A stretch of 27,083 nt of DNA, taken from contig JBGQMB010000011.1 in assembly GCA_041500405.1 (NCBI GenBank), positions 1-27,083 of the forward strand, written 5' to 3'. Within the stretch, counting starts at the first letter, position 1, and every line of letters begins with the position of its first letter. The notes beneath the pieces were generated by a model. It did no database searches, was not told where the DNA came from, and saw only the letters and a program-made list of their open reading frames with translations. This stretch comes from Candidatus Micrarchaeia archaeon. Its GTDB lineage: Archaea; Micrarchaeota; Micrarchaeia; Anstonellales; J096. The position numbers and the translations under genes are program-made. Positions 24,719-27,083 of the stretch are shown piece after piece.

Positions 24719-25063
24719 ATGGCAAAAACAAAGAAAACCGAGGAAGTAATAGACACAATGCTGAAAAAGGAAAGGATGGCAGGGGACCTAGACAGACTTA
24801 CCGGCAAATTCACTGCAAAGGTGGGCCCCGAGTCCATGGATATTAAACTAATACCAAACCCCATGCCGCAAACCCCAGAGCGCATCGCGAAGGCGCGGGA
24901 GCTGAGCAAGGCAGAACAGAGGAGGATCGAGGTTTTGGGGCCAGAAGCATACCCAGCATCAAAAGGCATGAAAATGTCATCGCCAAAGGAACTGGCAAAA
25001 GCGGCGCAGGAAAAGGAGCTGGCGGCGAATAAAGAAAAGAAGAAAATGGCTATGAAAGACTGA
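24719..25063 (+). CDS. Hypothetical Lys/Glu-rich protein
   Basis: AAGGTGA SD 4 bp before the ATG; 114 aa. Confidence 0.65.
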   Translation: MAKTKKTEEVIDTMLKKERMAGDLDRLTGKFTAKVGPESMDIKLIPNPMPQTPERIAKARELSKAEQRRIEVLGPEAYPASKGMKMSSPKELAKAAQEKELAANKEKKKMAMKD

Positions 25064-25093
25064 ATATAGACAAAAATATAGTGGCGCGTTGCT

Positions 25094-25744
25094 ATGGCGG
25101 AAAAAGAGAAGGCCCGAACAGCTGATGCAAAGAGGGGAATGAAGGACCACTTAAACAAATTCAAGGGAGCCGTTGCAGTCGGCAGAAAGGCGATTCTGCC
25201 TGTTGTTCTCGGCTCCGCGCTTGCCATGTCCCACATTGCCTCGACAAACGCATCAGCGCAGGTGCCATTGCCCACGCCTACCATCGACCTTATAGACACG
25301 CTGAACTCAACGAAAAAGCTGGAAGGAAAGGATTCCTTTGCGAGAATTCTCAGGCTCGCATCAAAAAACAGGAATAATGAGCTGTTCGCCGCATCGCTTG
25401 ACGCGGTATTGGAAACGGTTTTGGAAAAGGCAAAAAAAGGCATATACGACTCTGTTGGCGCCACAAGCACCAAGTTCAGCATATACGGCGACTCTGGGAG
25501 CCATGAAAGGAGCATTGAGCTGTCGCCAATGGGAAAAGACGGCGTGCGTTTCGTTATTGCTGTCAACGGCGACACAGCCGTTGTCGAGATAACTCCGAAA
25601 TCAACGTATGATGACATTTCGGACCTGCACAAGAAGCTGTGCGACTTTTTCAATTATATCGTCGGTATACAAAGAATGTACAAGAATGCAAAGCCTTCGC
25701 CGCTCCCAAAGCCTGGCGAAGACCTCGGCAATCCGATTGGATGA
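25094..25744 (+). CDS. Hypothetical exported protein
   Basis: Long basic N-region, then hydrophobic AILPVVLGSALAM and an ASA-Q cleavage-like site. Confidence 0.65.
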   Translation: MAEKEKARTADAKRGMKDHLNKFKGAVAVGRKAILPVVLGSALAMSHIASTNASAQVPLPTPTIDLIDTLNSTKKLEGKDSFARILRLASKNRNNELFAASLDAVLETVLEKAKKGIYDSVGATSTKFSIYGDSGSHERSIELSPMGKDGVRFVIAVNGDTAVVEITPKSTYDDISDLHKKLCDFFNYIVGIQRMYKNAKPSPLPKPGEDLGNPIG

Positions 25745-25806
25745 GGCGTCTTGTTTTAGATTGTAAATGGTTCAAGAGCTGTAAAAAATAAAAATTGCCG
25801 GACTTT

Positions 25807-26766
25807 TCAGTCCGTCACTCCTTCTGGCACTACCCTGAATACAGCTTCCCCTTCCGGAAGGTTCGGGCTGTCCACCATCCTCGCGATTCTCTTGCTCTCC
25901 TTGCCCTTCCTCAGGTAAACCCTGTAGGTGGCTGCGTGCGCTATGATATGCCCCCCTATCGGCGTGGTCGGGTCGCCGAACAGTATTGCCGGATTGTCCA
26001 TGACCTGGTTGGTGAAATACACCGCAAGGTTGAACCTGTCCGAAAGCTTCTGCAGCAGGTGGACGTGCTTGTTGAGCCTCTGCTGCCTTTCGCCCAGCGC
26101 GCCCCTGCCGATGTAGTCCGCCCTGAACTGGCTCGTCAACGAGTCAATGACAATCAGCTTGACGTTCTCCTTCTCCAATATGTTCTCAAGCTTGTCCACT
26201 ATCAGGACCTGGTGGTCGCTGTTCTCCGCCCTCATGACAAGAATGTTGGACAACGCCTCCTTCGGGTCAAGCCCTGCCGCCTCTGCCATCTGCTTTATCC
26301 TGTCAGGCCTGAATGTTCCTTCAGTGTCTATGAAGACCGCCTTTCCCTCAAGTCCGCCCTTCTCCTTTGGCAGCTGGACATTGAGTGAAAGCTGGAAACC
26401 AACCTGGCTCTTTCCGCTTGAGAACTTTCCAAAAAACTCTGAAAGCGCCTGGGTCTCTATGCCTCCGCCGAGCAGACCGTCCAGATTTTTTGAGCCGGTC
26501 GTTATCCTTCCGATATTCTGCCTTCTTTCGAATACCTCCCATCCTGTGGAAAAATCAACGGTTATTGAATCCTTTGCCTTGGCTATTATCTTTCCCGCCG
26601 CGTCAAGGGATATGTCGGCTACCTCCCCGAGTTCCGCGGGTATCGCCGCGGCTATGCTGCGCATGTCCCCGTATCCCGCAGCCCTCAGCTTCTCGGCTGT
26701 TGCCTCCCCGACGCCGGGGAGGTCCTCAAGTTCCTTTGGGACGCTTGGCTCATTGAGTTTTGACAT
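25807..26766 (-). CDS. radA: DNA repair and recombination protein RadA
   Basis: LEDLPGVGEATAEKL, LDGLLGGGIETQ, Walker A GKFSSGKSQ, FIDTEGTFRPDRI, IDSLTSQFRADYIGRG.L.ERQQ, PIGGHIIAHA; no intein. Start MSKLNEP at 26766 after GGGGTGG. Confidence 0.98.
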   Translation of the reverse strand: MSKLNEPSVPKELEDLPGVGEATAEKLRAAGYGDMRSIAAAIPAELGEVADISLDAAGKIIAKAKDSITVDFSTGWEVFERRQNIGRITTGSKNLDGLLGGGIETQALSEFFGKFSSGKSQVGFQLSLNVQLPKEKGGLEGKAVFIDTEGTFRPDRIKQMAEAAGLDPKEALSNILVMRAENSDHQVLIVDKLENILEKENVKLIVIDSLTSQFRADYIGRGALGERQQRLNKHVHLLQKLSDRFNLAVYFTNQVMDNPAILFGDPTTPIGGHIIAHAATYRVYLRKGKESKRIARMVDSPNLPEGEAVFRVVPEGVTD

Positions 26767-27043
26767 AGTCCCCACCCCTTGGCTCATTTGGGAACACCAA
26801 CAGCCTCAGCTCGCCTATCTTTAGGGTATAGAATTCCTTTCCGTTCTTGCTTACGGACTTCCACATCGCGCCCACAGACCGGTATGCCTTGCTCCCGTCC
26901 TGGTTGGTCTCTGGCTGGACAATTCTCAAGTCCGGCCTCCTTCCTTTCTTCTGTTCGGCGTCCTGCTGTCCCTGTTTTTTGCCTGCACTAACCTCCTCGT
27001 ATTCCTCGAGGTCCTTTACGTCTTCTCCTATAATTTCTTCCAT
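26750..27043 (-). CDS. Small protein with an acidic N-terminus and a DUF736-like beta domain
   Basis: RPDLRI...VGAMWKSVSKNGKEFYTLKIG..LLVFPN resembles the DUF736 pattern PD.R....GA.W...S..G..Y; GAGGAG SD; overlaps the radA start by 17 bp. Confidence 0.6.
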   Translation of the reverse strand: MEEIIGEDVKDLEEYEEVSAGKKQGQQDAEQKKGRRPDLRIVQPETNQDGSKAYRSVGAMWKSVSKNGKEFYTLKIGELRLLVFPNEPRGGDYVKTQ

Positions 27044-27083
27044 GTGTCTCCTCTCCGGGTCTTTCCCTCGGCCCAAAGGGTTG

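Noticed and set aside
24706..25653. 315-aa minus-strand ORF
   Set aside because: Ser/Phe-rich mirror of two Lys/Glu-rich plus-strand genes, one of which has a clear SD.
1..27083. CRISPR array, inteins, tRNA introns
   Set aside because: No regularly spaced repeats seen; Cdc6 and RadA are normal length; both tRNAs are 74 nt without introns.

Overview
Chromosomal window from an archaeon. The archaeal-type RNA polymerase subunits, eL18, eS26, EF-1alpha, PCNA, Cdc6/Orc1, RadA, SepF and the 23S rRNA show this. The unlinked, divergent 23S rRNA and the many orphan and ankyrin genes suggest a DPANN lineage such as Micrarchaeota (inference). Core blocks: ferredoxin plus geranylgeranyl reductase; rpo7-spt4-eS26-YunC-like; cdc6 divergent from sepF; PCNA; eL18-uL13-uS9-rpo10-tRNA-Pro-uS2 followed by EF-1alpha-uS10-Mut7-C; nth, Nudix and ogg repair genes; a stand-alone 23S rRNA; radA. 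Between these lie many single, apparently leaderless accessory genes: three ankyrin proteins, a lytic-transglycosylase-like protein, TPR-like proteins and orphans. Most notable observations: (1) a 120-bp near-palindromic mini-element between tRNA-Thr and a 21-bp duplicate of its 3' end; (2) substitutions at normally near-invariant peptidyl-transferase-centre positions of the 23S rRNA (E. coli 2448, 2499, 2503); (3) an SLT-type peptidoglycan-lytic domain in an archaeon, next to ankyrin genes; (4) short N-terminal motifs (QxAF[SN][KR], AVKPF) shared by unrelated accessory proteins, possibly an export or targeting signal; (5) a low-GC gene encoding a Nudix protein with a degenerate catalytic box; (6) a truncated AbiJ-NTD4-like gene attached to the lipid operon. 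All protein calls come from motif recognition by eye; no database searches were run.
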